Shown here: piece after piece, positions 19,123 through 29,311 of the stretch | Layout: each line of letters begins with the position of its first letter | How positions within the stretch are numbered: the stretch's first letter is position 1 | NCBI GenBank assembly: GCA_963702205.1 | Contig: OY969724.1 | Span: 2,304,001-2,368,000, forward strand | From: an uncultured candidate division Zixibacteria bacterium | GTDB lineage: Bacteria; Zixibacteria; MSB-5A5; GN15; PGXB01 | Direction: 5' to 3' | Length of the DNA stretch: 64,000 bases | Translations under genes and position numbers: made by a program | The notes under the pieces: model-generated | Told to the model about the DNA's origin: nothing | Database searches by the model: none | Seen by the model: the letters and a program-made list of their open reading frames with translations, nothing else

Positions 19123-21924
19123 ATGCCCGTTATGCCACACGCTTCCCGAAAAATAATATCGACCCTTATTTTGGCACTGGCATTCCTCTTGTCGGCCGCC
19201 CCCGCCTTCGGCCAGTTTTATTTCGGCAAAAATAAGGTCCAGTATACCGAATTCGACTGGCAGGTCCTTGAAACCGAGCATTTCCAGATATATTTCTATC
19301 CGGAAGAAAACGAAATCGCGCGGGTCGGGGCCCGTGTAGCCGAGGACGCCTACCGCGAACTGGCGGCTAAATTCAGCCACGAAGTCTATCATAAAATTCC
19401 GCTTATAATTTACAGCTCCGGCAATTATTTCTCGCAGACAAATGTCATACCCTCGCTCTTGCCGGAATCCGTCGGCGGCTTCACCGAATTTTTAAAAGGC
19501 CGGGTGGTGGTGCCGTATCTCGGCTCCTTCCGGTCTTTCGAGCACGTGGTTCGGCATGAACTGGTGCACGTCTTTACCATTTCCAAACTGGAACGCACTC
19601 TGTCCAAACACAAGCTGGTCCGGATGGCTCAGCCCCCGCTCTGGTTTATGGAAGGTCTGGCCGAATACTGGTCGACCGACTGGGACAGCGAAGCCGACAT
19701 GATGATCAAAGATATGGTCCTGTCCGGACGCATCATTCCTATCGAGCGCATATACACGGTCAACGGGACGTTTCTTATGTACAAAATGGGCCAGTCGATT
19801 TGTCAATTCATAAACGATTATTATGGCCCCCAAAAGCTGACGCTCATGTTCGACAACTGGTGGCGGTTTACACGTTTCGAGGATTTGGTCGAGAATACTC
19901 TCGGTGACAGCATGTCCGAGTTATCGCGCAAATGGGAATATGGTTTAAAAAAGAAATACTACCCGGACATGGCGGTCGGCGGTTTGGCGAAACGCGAGGC
20001 GCATCAACTGACCAAAAGCGGCTACGCCGTCAAAGGCGTGCCGGTAGTGTTGAAAGACCACGACCTCGCCGGTGACTGGATCGTTTTCAAAGCCAACAAA
20101 AGGGGATATACCGGTCTGTATATGATGCCCAAAGGCGGGGAGAAGATCGAACTGCACACTATTCTTAAAGGTGAGCAGTCCTCCGGCTATGAATTGCTGC
20201 ATCTTTTGCAAAGCGGAATCGACGCCAGAAACGACGGCAGGGTTCTGTTTTCATCGAAGTCGAAAGAGGCTGACGTCTTGTATCTGTATGATTTGATTGC
20301 GCACAACGTCATTCAAAAATATCAGTTTCCGAAACTGGTGGCGATTTCGTCGCCCCGGTTTTCTCCCGATGGTCAACGGGCCGTCTTCAGCGGTGCCACC
20401 AAACATGGTTATACCGACATTTACGAAGTCGATTTGCCATCGGGTGATCTGACACAACTTACCGATGACTTTTATAACGATATGACCCCGACCTATAATT
20501 TAAAGGGCGATTCGATTATATTTTCATCGGATAGATGTACGCACGGAGACGATGGCGCGCTCAATCTTTTCAGGATGCCCCGCGACGGCGGTGACATGAC
20601 GCAAATTACTTTCGGCAACTGGGTCGACATGGAGCCCGAACACGATAAACGCGGCTTGTATTTTGCATCGGATCGCGACAGCTCATTCAATATATATCGC
20701 AAAAACTCCGACGGCAGTGTCAACAAGATAACGAACCTGTTGACCGGCGCTTTCGATCCGAGGGTATTACCGGACGAAGACGAGATATTGTTTACGGGAT
20801 ATCAGGACTTCGGCTTTCATTTATACAGTATGACTATCGCCGACACGATGGTTCTGGCCGCGTCGGAACCGAAAGTTGGCCGGACCTTCTGGAAGCCGGG
20901 GAAAATCGACGGTCAGTCGGTGAGGTCGTCATTTAAGTACCATACCGATTATTCATTCGACATTGCGCAATCGGCGATATCGTATGATCCCGTCTATGGC
21001 ACCCTGGGCGGGCTGCAGGTGGCTCTGTCTGATATGCTGGGCGACAACGTTTTCTATTTCCTGCTGACCAACACTGCCCAAACAAAAGATGATTTTTTAT
21101 CGAGTTTCAATTTCGCCGTCACTTATCTGAACAAGAAACGGCGCATTAACTGGGGTTTGGGATTTTTCCATTTTTACGATGAATATTACAACGACGAAGA
21201 CAGTTACTTTTTCGAGCGGCAGGTCGGCGGACTATTGTATGTTAATTATCCGATTTCGAAATTCAACCGTTTCGAAGCCAGTTCGTACATGAGATATTCC
21301 AAGAAAGACATCTGGCTTTTCGAACGTACGCGCGAGGCGTTTCTCATGTCGAATTTTGTCTCGTTCGTTTCCGACAACAGCATCTGGGATATCTCCGGCC
21401 CGCTCGAAGGCCACCGCTACAATTTTACCGTCGGATTGACGACAGCTCTCGATAAAGGCGAAGTGTTCAGCCGGACCGGGGTCGCCGATATCAGGCACTA
21501 TTTCCGTCTCGGAAAATATTCGGCTTTTGCTTCGCGCCTGTTTGCGTACAGCTCGGCCGGTATCGAGCCGCAGCGTATCTATTTGGGTGGAAGCTGGTCG
21601 TTTCGCGGGTTTGACCGAAGAGCCTTCTACACGCCTAATATACTTTTCGCCTCACACGAGCTTCGTTTCCCGCTTATCGATAATCTCATTTTGGGATTCC
21701 CGATCGGCGGCATTGGATTTCAGGCGATTCGGGGCGCTATTTTCTTCGATGCCGGTTCGGTATGGGAAGACCACCCGAAAGATCTTCTCGGATCGTTCGG
21801 GGCCGGGTTCCAGGTTGCGCTGGGACCGTACGTGGTCCTGCGGTTCGACTTCGCCCGCACCACCGATTTTCATTCACTAAGTCCCCGCACCAACTTTGAC
21901 TTTTTCTTCGGGTGGAATTTCTGA
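19123..21924 (+). CDS. Omp85/BamA-superfamily outer-membrane protein with N-terminal zinc-peptidase-like and TolB/PD40 propeller domains
   Basis: Signal peptide; FGKNKVQY; HELVH...PLWFMEGLAEY (gluzincin-like); SPRFSPDG PD40 repeats; SFRGF loop-6-like motif; C-terminal FFFGWNF. Confidence 0.85.
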   Translation: MPVMPHASRKIISTLILALAFLLSAAPAFGQFYFGKNKVQYTEFDWQVLETEHFQIYFYPEENEIARVGARVAEDAYRELAAKFSHEVYHKIPLIIYSSGNYFSQTNVIPSLLPESVGGFTEFLKGRVVVPYLGSFRSFEHVVRHELVHVFTISKLERTLSKHKLVRMAQPPLWFMEGLAEYWSTDWDSEADMMIKDMVLSGRIIPIERIYTVNGTFLMYKMGQSICQFINDYYGPQKLTLMFDNWWRFTRFEDLVENTLGDSMSELSRKWEYGLKKKYYPDMAVGGLAKREAHQLTKSGYAVKGVPVVLKDHDLAGDWIVFKANKRGYTGLYMMPKGGEKIELHTILKGEQSSGYELLHLLQSGIDARNDGRVLFSSKSKEADVLYLYDLIAHNVIQKYQFPKLVAISSPRFSPDGQRAVFSGATKHGYTDIYEVDLPSGDLTQLTDDFYNDMTPTYNLKGDSIIFSSDRCTHGDDGALNLFRMPRDGGDMTQITFGNWVDMEPEHDKRGLYFASDRDSSFNIYRKNSDGSVNKITNLLTGAFDPRVLPDEDEILFTGYQDFGFHLYSMTIADTMVLAASEPKVGRTFWKPGKIDGQSVRSSFKYHTDYSFDIAQSAISYDPVYGTLGGLQVALSDMLGDNVFYFLLTNTAQTKDDFLSSFNFAVTYLNKKRRINWGLGFFHFYDEYYNDEDSYFFERQVGGLLYVNYPISKFNRFEASSYMRYSKKDIWLFERTREAFLMSNFVSFVSDNSIWDISGPLEGHRYNFTVGLTTALDKGEVFSRTGVADIRHYFRLGKYSAFASRLFAYSSAGIEPQRIYLGGSWSFRGFDRRAFYTPNILFASHELRFPLIDNLILGFPIGGIGFQAIRGAIFFDAGSVWEDHPKDLLGSFGAGFQVALGPYVVLRFDFARTTDFHSLSPRTNFDFFFGWNF

Positions 21925-23045
21925 TGAAACGGACTCTGATAATTATTCTCTTTATGATTTTGGCCCTGGGCGGGTGCACGCGCAAATTTAAAATGAAACG
22001 TGGCTGCGATTACCCTGAATCTCACTGGCCGTTTTCACGCAAGGATGTCGCTGCCACTGCGTATTCTCCCACGAAATTCGGCGGGAAACTGAATGTTATC
22101 TGGGAGGACAAGGTTTCCGGTGCCGCTATCGGACCTTTAACCATCGGGGCGGGCTGCCTGATCGTCCCGGACAGCAAGGGGAAAATCAGCTTTTTTGAAG
22201 CCAAAACGGGTTCCTACAAAGGCCAGCTAAAAATTCACAACCCGGTCCAAAGCGGGATGATTTTGGCCGATTCGCTGGCCTTTTTCGCCCTCGGTGCCCC
22301 CAAAAACGAACTTATTTGCCTGAATCTTCACAATCGCAACACGGTCTGGAATCGAAACTTAAAGGAAATTTCCGGCGCGCCGATAATAGTAGAAAACCGG
22401 CTCTATGTATCCGGCAAGGCCGGAAGGGTCTTTTGTCTGGACTGCTTTACCGGACAAACCCTCTGGTCGGATTCGATAGACGCGGGATGCCTGGCCGGAC
22501 CAAGCTATTATGAAGGCAGGGTTTACTATCCTTTGGAAGACGGAACCGTAAACATCTACGAAGCCTCGCTCGGTGAACTGATACAGAAGCTCACCCTGGG
22601 CGGGCCGATAGTATCCAAAGTGGTCATAAAGGACCGTATCTTTGTGGCCGACAATCTCGGTGGCTTCTATGCTCTCGAGACCGGATCGGGGCGTCCGCTG
22701 TGGGACCGCAAGTTCGACTGGCCGATCTGGTGTTCACCGGCCGCCGATAACTATCTCGTCTATATTGGTGACAGCGGCGGCAATTTACGGGCTCTGGACC
22801 AGAAGACCGGCGAGACCGTGTGGGATTATAAAACCGACGGCGTCATCATTTCCTCGCCGATTGTGGCAGGGGAGTACGTCCTCTTTGCATCGCTGGATCG
22901 ATTCCTGTATTGCCTGAATCGTACTACCGGTATACTGATATCGAAGAGAGAGTACGATCAGGAAATCCGTCTGCCGGTAATCGACTCCGACGGCTCGATA
23001 TACGTGGCCCTGCAAAACGGCATCATCCAATGCCTGGGAGATTAA
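21924..23045 (+). CDS. PQQ-like beta-propeller lipoprotein (BamB-like)
   Basis: Lipobox LGGC; repeated ..ALD..TG...W blades; ATG overlaps the upstream stop (TGATG). Confidence 0.85.
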   Translation: MKRTLIIILFMILALGGCTRKFKMKRGCDYPESHWPFSRKDVAATAYSPTKFGGKLNVIWEDKVSGAAIGPLTIGAGCLIVPDSKGKISFFEAKTGSYKGQLKIHNPVQSGMILADSLAFFALGAPKNELICLNLHNRNTVWNRNLKEISGAPIIVENRLYVSGKAGRVFCLDCFTGQTLWSDSIDAGCLAGPSYYEGRVYYPLEDGTVNIYEASLGELIQKLTLGGPIVSKVVIKDRIFVADNLGGFYALETGSGRPLWDRKFDWPIWCSPAADNYLVYIGDSGGNLRALDQKTGETVWDYKTDGVIISSPIVAGEYVLFASLDRFLYCLNRTTGILISKREYDQEIRLPVIDSDGSIYVALQNGIIQCLGD

Positions 23046-23046
23046 G

Positions 23047-25245
23047 TTGCGCGAATTTTCCTACACCGAAGCCGACTTGAATACCAACCTGAGTGAGCTG
23101 GCCCACGAATTCCTTCGGGAGCTGTATCTGGCCAGCAAGAAGGTATCCATTTATTCCGCGGCCCATCCGATGGCCATCAAGGCATTGGGGCGCCCTTTCA
23201 TGCTTATGGATCGCATCCTGAAATTCAAAGAGCATGTCAACCTGCACGTGTCCGATAGTCATCTTTATATTTTGAATATACGGGTTAAGCCATGTGTCTT
23301 TACCGATCAGATAAAGGATTACATGCAGATCAACGACCTGACCGATATATTGTTCCATTCCTTCGTTGCAGCTGAAAACTTGAGCGCTTTTCTGGAGAGG
23401 TTTGTCAAGAGACTGCCGGCGAGCGATTATAAAAATTTGATGCACGCGCACCTCGAGCGTCACAACGTCCAGTCGATTACCGTTAACTCCGCCGCCGGGA
23501 TGGAGCTGTTTGAATCCGGATTAAAATATCGAGCCGACGTCCTTCAGGATTTCTCGGTTCGCGCCATCATATCGACATATATAGGCACTGACTTTCAGCA
23601 AATGGCCCAGCTTATAGCCGATGAAAGCCTGCCACGAGAAGAATACTTGAAGAAGTACCGTCACGACTATTATCCGCAACTGGTCAGCCTGATCGTCCCG
23701 GAACAAATCCGTCGCCTCGACACCGAAAAGCTCTTGAAATACATGACCGACAAAATCACCAATGCGTCCGGTAATCCCGAATCCTGTCGCATGCTTCTGA
23801 GCGCGGTCAAATTTCACCACCAGAGCGATTATATATTGAATGGGCTGGATGAATTGGCCCTCGACGGCAAGGTCGACCGGGAGTCCTTTGCCCGAGTTAT
23901 GCCTGAGACCAGCCGAATGAAACTCGAAGCCAGCGATGAAATTGACCGGTACTTAAAAGAGATTTTCGAGCCGGGCAGTGAAATAGGGCAGGGTGAGGAA
24001 TTTTGCGACCGCTATAATAAACTGCTGCGCCGGGGACAGGCCGCCAAAGCACAGGCCGTGATGTCCGACCTGCTCGAAAAACTGGCCGGGTCCGATCTCG
24101 ATGTTCGCCGCCGGGCGCTTTTGATGCTCAAGCTGGCTGTCGATTATCACGACAATCACAACTACTCGAATTTACAAAAACACCTGGTTGATCTTATAGC
24201 GGAATATCTGGCCTACAACGATGAAACATTTGAATTCTCGGACCTGATCTGGAAAATAGCTCAAAACACTCTGGCCCGTCGCAATTATTTTCTGTTCGCT
24301 TCTCTTTGCGCCGTACTGGTTAAAAAACGAGAACAGGTTAACGGAATTTGGAGCTATGAATCAATTGCGGTCAAGAAATCGGTCGAGGAATTAAATCGTC
24401 CTGAAGTCATCAATCAACTTATAAAAGAACTTCTCATCGGAGACACCAATGTCTTCGCCGATATAAAAACCATCATGGTGACCATCGGTTCCGAGCAGAT
24501 GGCCTACGCTCTTTCGGAAATCATTTCACATCAGTCACGCCAGGTCCGCCAGCAGGTTCTTAAGATAATGCCGGAACTGGGACGGGCCTCTCTGGCCGTG
24601 TTCGGACGCTTTATGAGCGAGGACGCCAATTTCGACCGACCTGATGATCGACGCGAACTTCCGGATGAAAAATGGTACCGCGTACGCAATGCCATATTCG
24701 TGCTCGGAATGCTGCGCGATCCTTCGGCCTGTCGTTATCTGCGGCTGCATATCGGCGACAGCGATGTCAGGGTCCGTCGTGAAATCGCGACCGCCCTGGA
24801 AAAAATCGGCGGGGAGGAAGCGGCCGACTTGCTGCTTCTTATGGCCAACGATCCCGACGGCGAAATTCGTGAATCGGCCATCATCTCGATCGGCCTGATC
24901 GGCACCGAACAGATTGTGCCGGAGCTAATCGATCTGTCCAAAAATGTCAACTCCGAGGTTACACATATACTGACATCGATCGGTAAATTGGGCGGCCTTG
25001 AGGCCAAGAAGTTCCTGTCGGAAGTCCTTATTAGCTCATCCCTGCTTTCGAGCCTGACTTCAGGCAAGGCCTCCAAAGACGAATTAAAGTTGATTGCCAT
25101 TAAGGCCCTCGGGCGCATGGGTGACAGTGAATCGTTAGGTGCCATAAAAAAATTCAAAGATTCGCTTTCCGGCACTCAAAAACTATTCGGCGGCTCCATC
25201 CTGAAAAAAGCTGCGGAGGACATCATTTCGCGTCCGCCTGAATGA
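23047..25245 (+). CDS. HEAT-repeat protein
   Basis: C-terminal HEAT repeats (WYRVRNAIFVLG, DSDVRVRREIATALEKIG, DPDGEIRESAIISIG); N-terminal IYSAAHP motif. Confidence 0.8.
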   Translation: MREFSYTEADLNTNLSELAHEFLRELYLASKKVSIYSAAHPMAIKALGRPFMLMDRILKFKEHVNLHVSDSHLYILNIRVKPCVFTDQIKDYMQINDLTDILFHSFVAAENLSAFLERFVKRLPASDYKNLMHAHLERHNVQSITVNSAAGMELFESGLKYRADVLQDFSVRAIISTYIGTDFQQMAQLIADESLPREEYLKKYRHDYYPQLVSLIVPEQIRRLDTEKLLKYMTDKITNASGNPESCRMLLSAVKFHHQSDYILNGLDELALDGKVDRESFARVMPETSRMKLEASDEIDRYLKEIFEPGSEIGQGEEFCDRYNKLLRRGQAAKAQAVMSDLLEKLAGSDLDVRRRALLMLKLAVDYHDNHNYSNLQKHLVDLIAEYLAYNDETFEFSDLIWKIAQNTLARRNYFLFASLCAVLVKKREQVNGIWSYESIAVKKSVEELNRPEVINQLIKELLIGDTNVFADIKTIMVTIGSEQMAYALSEIISHQSRQVRQQVLKIMPELGRASLAVFGRFMSEDANFDRPDDRRELPDEKWYRVRNAIFVLGMLRDPSACRYLRLHIGDSDVRVRREIATALEKIGGEEAADLLLLMANDPDGEIRESAIISIGLIGTEQIVPELIDLSKNVNSEVTHILTSIGKLGGLEAKKFLSEVLISSSLLSSLTSGKASKDELKLIAIKALGRMGDSESLGAIKKFKDSLSGTQKLFGGSILKKAAEDIISRPPE

Positions 25246-25311
25246 CATAATATTACTGTCAAATCGACAAATATAACTGCCATATAGGCCGTACAAAATG
25301 CCTGTATGGCA
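25235..25311. promoter_or_regulatory. Array of four phased TGyC-N5-GrCA dyads (putative enhancer)
   Basis: CGCCtgaatGACA 25235, TGTCaaatcGACA 25257, TGCCatataGGCC 25278, TGCCtgtatGGCA 25299; spacing 22/21/21 bp. Confidence 0.6.
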
Positions 25312-25376
25312 GTATTTATTTGAGTCAATTTTCATCCGTTTTCGTATCTTATTGCTATTGCTACTATTACAAGTAT

Positions 25377-25392
25377 TGGCACGTGGCTTGAT
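25377..25392 (+). promoter_or_regulatory. Sigma54-type -24/-12 promoter for hsp20-dnaK
   Basis: TGGCAC-GTGGC-TTGAT; perfect -24 box, variant -12 box (GA instead of GC). Confidence 0.6.
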
Positions 25393-25445
25393 TTATACTA
25401 ATACGGAATTTGAAAACAAAAGATCAAATAAAGGAGGTAAATGAA

Positions 25446-25889
25446 ATGACACTCGTACGTTACAACCCGGTAAGAAACCTGACCAGATGGAATCAGGATA
25501 TCGACACCATGTTCGATTCATTCTTCGGCGACAAGAACCTATTCTCTCGTGACAATGCTGGTTTTGTGCCGCGCGTGGATATTGTCGATGACAAAACCAA
25601 CGTTAAACTGGAAATGGAAATGCCCGGCTTGGAAAAAGACGATATCAAGGTAACCGTCGAAAACGGTGTCCTGACCATCTCCGGTGAACGGAATCGCAAG
25701 ACCGAGGAGAAAGAAGTCAACTACGTCCGCTGTGAACGCTGCTATGGCTCGTTCAGCCGGTCCTTCACGCTGGGCGATGATATCGATACCGAGCACATCA
25801 GTGCCGATTACAACAACGGTATCCTGCATCTGACCCTGCCCAAGACGGAGAAAAGCAAGCCGAAAGAAATCTCGGTCGCAGTCAAGTAA
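25446..25889 (+). CDS. Hsp20/alpha-crystallin small heat-shock protein
   Basis: PRVDI, EMPGLEKDDIKV, LTISGER, ER.YGSFSRSFTL, A.YNNGILHLTLPK; RBS AAGGAGG; start ATG 25446. Confidence 0.95.
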   Translation: MTLVRYNPVRNLTRWNQDIDTMFDSFFGDKNLFSRDNAGFVPRVDIVDDKTNVKLEMEMPGLEKDDIKVTVENGVLTISGERNRKTEEKEVNYVRCERCYGSFSRSFTLGDDIDTEHISADYNNGILHLTLPKTEKSKPKEISVAVK

Positions 25890-25919
25890 ATAAACGTCCG
25901 GATCAGGTTTCGATAGATG

Positions 25920-25953
25920 GCGGCGGGCGGGCGATGACCTGCCCGCCGCTTTT
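25920..25953 (+). terminator. Strong hairpin/terminator between hsp20 and dnaK
   Basis: GCGGCGGGCGGG-cgatga-CCTGCCCGCCGC-TTTT. Confidence 0.6.
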
Positions 25954-25982
25954 GCGATCCGGGACGAAGAAAGGAAAAGAAA

Positions 25983-27890
25983 ATGAGCAAAATAATAGGC
26001 ATAGATTTAGGAACGACCAACTCGGTTGTGGCCGTGATCGAGGGCAAGGACCCCGTTGTCATCGCCAATTCCGAAGGTGGTCGCACGACCCCGTCGGTCG
26101 TGGCGGTCGACAAAAACGACGAACGCCTGACCGGCCAGGTGGCCAAGCGCCAGGCGGTCACCAATCCGATGAATACGATATCTTCGATCAAGCGCTTTAT
26201 GGGCCGCAAATTCGAAGAAGTACAGTCAGAGGCCAAAAACTTCCCGTACAAAGTAACCGCTGATAACAACGGTAATGCCGTGGTCGAAATGAACGGGAAG
26301 AAATATACGCCTCAGGAAATTTCGGCTATAATTCTGACCAAAATGAAAAAGACGGCCGAAGATTATCTCGGGACGAAAGTCATCGACGCTATTATTACTG
26401 TCCCGGCATACTTTAACGACAGCCAGCGCCAGGCGACCAAAGACGCCGGTCGTATCGCCGGACTGAACGTCCAGCGTATCATCAATGAACCGACCGCGGC
26501 GGCCCTGGCTTACGGCCTCGATAAGAAGAAAACCGGTAAGATTGCTGTGTACGACCTCGGCGGCGGAACGTTCGATATTTCCATACTGGAACTGTCCGAC
26601 GGTGTATTCGAAGTTCTCTCCACGAATGGTGACACCCACCTCGGCGGTGATGACTTTGACAAGCGCATAATCGACTGGCTGGTCGAGGAGTTCAAGAAGC
26701 AGGAAGGCATTGATCTTTCCCGCGATTCAATGGCCCTGCAGCGTCTTAAAGAAGCCGCTGAAAAGGCCAAGATCGAACTGTCGTCGACCATGAGTACGGA
26801 TATTAATCTTCCGTTCATCACCGCCGATCAGAACGGTCCCAAACATTTGAACGTCAATCTGACCCGTGCCAAATATGAGCAACTGGTCGATGACCTGCTC
26901 GAACGCACTGTCGGTCCGTGCCGCAAAGCGATCGAGGACGCCAAAATATCGTTCAACGATATTCACGACGTTGTTCTTGTCGGCGGTATGACTCGTATGC
27001 CGAAGGTTGTCGAAATGGTCAAAAAGCTGTTCGGCAAAGAGCCCAACAAGTCGGTAAACCCCGATGAAGTAGTGGCGGTCGGCGCGGCCATACAGGGCGG
27101 CGTCATGACCGGCGACGTCAAAGACGTCCTGCTTCTGGATGTCACGCCGCTGTCTCTCGGTATCGAGACTCTGGGTGGTGTCACAACTCGTCTGATCGAG
27201 CGCAACACGACCATCCCGACCAGGAAGACGCAGGTGTTTTCCACGGCGTCCGACAGCCAGCCCGCGGTGGACGTGCACGTTCTTCAGGGCGAGCGCGAGA
27301 TGGCGATTGACAACAAAACCATCGGCAAGTTCGTTCTCGACGGCATCCCGCCGGCGCCGCGCGGTGTGCCGCAGATTGAAGTGACCTTCGACATCGACGC
27401 CAATGGCATATTGAACGTCACAGCCAAAGACCTCGGGACCGGCAAGTCGCAGAATGTACGTATCGAGGCGTCTTCGGGTCTGTCCGAAGCTGAGATCAAT
27501 AAAATGGTCAATGACGCCAAAACACACGAAGCCGAAGACAAGACCAAACGCGAGCAGATTGACACGCGCAATATGGCCGACGCCGCCGTTTTCCAGGCCG
27601 AGAAGAATCTCAAAGAGTACGGTGACAAACTCGATGCCGACGCCAAAGCTAAAATCGAGGCTGGTATAGAAAGAGTGAAAACCGCTCTCAAAGGTACCGA
27701 TAACGCCGAGATTAAGGCCTCTATGGACGACCTCAACCAACTCTGGCAGAGCGCGGCCTCGACGATGTATCAGAAAACAGCGTCGGGCGGTCACAACGGA
27801 AGTCAACCGGGGCCGGAGCCCCAGCCGGATGTATCCGGTGGTGGCGACGGAACGGTCGACGCCGATTTTGAAGTAGTTGACGACAAATAA
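25983..27890 (+). CDS. dnaK: Molecular chaperone DnaK (Hsp70)
   Basis: [51 protein letters not shown]-terminal VDADFE. Confidence 0.99.
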   Translation: MSKIIGIDLGTTNSVVAVIEGKDPVVIANSEGGRTTPSVVAVDKNDERLTGQVAKRQAVTNPMNTISSIKRFMGRKFEEVQSEAKNFPYKVTADNNGNAVVEMNGKKYTPQEISAIILTKMKKTAEDYLGTKVIDAIITVPAYFNDSQRQATKDAGRIAGLNVQRIINEPTAAALAYGLDKKKTGKIAVYDLGGGTFDISILELSDGVFEVLSTNGDTHLGGDDFDKRIIDWLVEEFKKQEGIDLSRDSMALQRLKEAAEKAKIELSSTMSTDINLPFITADQNGPKHLNVNLTRAKYEQLVDDLLERTVGPCRKAIEDAKISFNDIHDVVLVGGMTRMPKVVEMVKKLFGKEPNKSVNPDEVVAVGAAIQGGVMTGDVKDVLLLDVTPLSLGIETLGGVTTRLIERNTTIPTRKTQVFSTASDSQPAVDVHVLQGEREMAIDNKTIGKFVLDGIPPAPRGVPQIEVTFDIDANGILNVTAKDLGTGKSQNVRIEASSGLSEAEINKMVNDAKTHEAEDKTKREQIDTRNMADAAVFQAEKNLKEYGDKLDADAKAKIEAGIERVKTALKGTDNAEIKASMDDLNQLWQSAASTMYQKTASGGHNGSQPGPEPQPDVSGGGDGTVDADFEVVDDK

Positions 27891-27898
27891 ACCGTCGT

Positions 27899-27925
27899 AA
27901 AGGGCCCCGGCGGCGGGGCCCTTTT
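27899..27925 (+). terminator. Rho-independent terminator after dnaK
   Basis: AAAGGGCCCCG-gcgg-CGGGGCCCTTTT. Confidence 0.85.
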
Positions 27926-27939
27926 GATTGAAATGATAA

Positions 27940-27968
27940 TTGACAAAACCGATTATACACCGTAGGGT
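27940..27968 (+). promoter_or_regulatory. Sigma70-type promoter for the DnaJ-family gene
   Basis: TTGACA-N17-TAGGGT. Confidence 0.55.
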
Positions 27969-27998
27969 ATAAATGACGTGAACCAGGCAACCGGACAA

Positions 27999-28925
27999 AT
28001 GTCGAAAGATTATTATAAAGTACTGGGTGTTTCCGAGACGGCCTCCGAAGAAGAAATCAAAAAGGCTTTCCGGAAGCTGGCCAAGCAATATCACCCCGAC
28101 CGTAATAGAGGGGACAAAAGCGCCGAGGAGAAGTTCAAGGATATCTCCGAGGCGTACGACGTGCTTGGGGACAAGAACAAACGCCAGCAGTACGACACCA
28201 TGCGTAAGTACGGCACCTTTACGGGCAGCCCGAGCTTCGACCCCCGCTATTCGGGCGGTTTCGACTCCTCGCAGTTCGAGCGGTTTTTCCACTTCGAACG
28301 CTCGGAGGGTGCGGACATTTTCGAAGAGTTGTTCGGTTCCATATTCGGCGGCCGTCCCGGCGGCTTTCGCGCCGGACCGAGGCCTCGATCCAAGCGGCGG
28401 GTCAACGGACGCGACGCCAACGTCACCGCCAGAATATCGTTTGTGGAAGCGGCGAAGGGCACGACCAAGACGATTATCGCCAAGAGCCCGGGGCCGCAAA
28501 AAACGAAAAGAAAAATTCGCGTTAAAATACCCGCCGGAATCGAAAGCGGCGGCAAAATCCGCCTGCGGGGGATGGGTTTCCCCGGCAGCGATGGCGGCGG
28601 CAATGGAGATTTAATTGTGACGGTGCAAGTGGACAAAGATCAAAAATTTGAGCGCAAGGGCAACGACATCTATACGAAGGTGCTGGTTGACTACCCGACC
28701 GCAGTGCTGGGCGGCAAGGTGCAGGCGCACACGCTGACCCGTAAAGTCAGCCTGAACGTCCCGCCGGGCACGACCTCCGGCACGAAGCTGCGTCTGAAGG
28801 GGATGGGTATCTCGGTCAACGGCGCAACCGGCGATCAGTACGTTGAAATAACCGTCGACGTCCCAAAAAATCTAACTGATGAGCAGAAGCAACTTATCGA
28901 GCAGTTGAAGAAAACCTTCGAATAA
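27999..28925 (+). CDS. DnaJ-family co-chaperone, class B (CbpA-like, no zinc finger)
   Basis: J-domain KDYYKVLGV...YHPD; G/F-rich linker; C-terminal DnaJ domains; no CxxCxGxG repeats. Confidence 0.9.
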   Translation: MSKDYYKVLGVSETASEEEIKKAFRKLAKQYHPDRNRGDKSAEEKFKDISEAYDVLGDKNKRQQYDTMRKYGTFTGSPSFDPRYSGGFDSSQFERFFHFERSEGADIFEELFGSIFGGRPGGFRAGPRPRSKRRVNGRDANVTARISFVEAAKGTTKTIIAKSPGPQKTKRKIRVKIPAGIESGGKIRLRGMGFPGSDGGGNGDLIVTVQVDKDQKFERKGNDIYTKVLVDYPTAVLGGKVQAHTLTRKVSLNVPPGTTSGTKLRLKGMGISVNGATGDQYVEITVDVPKNLTDEQKQLIEQLKKTFE

Positions 28926-28956
28926 TTGTTTTGCGGCGAAAGTATATGAATCAGGA

Positions 28957-29010
28957 GTAGGTCACGCCGACTTGTCGAAGACCCTGAACGGAGTGAAGGG
29001 CGGCGTGACA
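28957..29010 (+). repeat. REP-like palindromic element, family A (54 nt)
   Basis: GTAG-GTCACGCCG...CGGCGTGAC-A; inner TGTCGAAGAC.CTGA shared with the copy at 61227. Confidence 0.65.
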
Positions 29011-29018
29011 TTAAGATT

Positions 29019-29252
29019 ATGAACATCTCATCATACATAGTCCTCGGCCTTGCATTGCTGGTGATCTTTGGCGGTATGGCTTTTGTGATTTTCAAACGGT
29101 ACTTCCGCCGGGCGTGGTACGGCTCAGAGTTTATCGGTCAAAACGTATGGTATCACTTCCAGCCCAAAGGCAAGCAAGACGCCATCGAAGAAGTCTATTA
29201 CATGGAAGAGGACGAGAAAGACGAAGACTTCAGCTCCGATAAGTTCAAGTGA
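29019..29252 (+). CDS. Small single-pass membrane protein
   Basis: N-terminal TM helix and acidic C-terminal tail; 77 aa. Confidence 0.6.
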   Translation: MNISSYIVLGLALLVIFGGMAFVIFKRYFRRAWYGSEFIGQNVWYHFQPKGKQDAIEEVYYMEEDEKDEDFSSDKFK

Positions 29253-29311
29253 TTGATTCGGTATAGATCAAGCCTTAGATGACATTTAAGAGCTTGATCT
29301 TTTAATATTGT

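Noticed and set aside
26727..28499. 590-aa antisense ORF over dnaK/dnaJ
   Set aside because: Long antisense frames opposite dnaK are a well-known by-product of codon bias; it has no RBS or domain motifs
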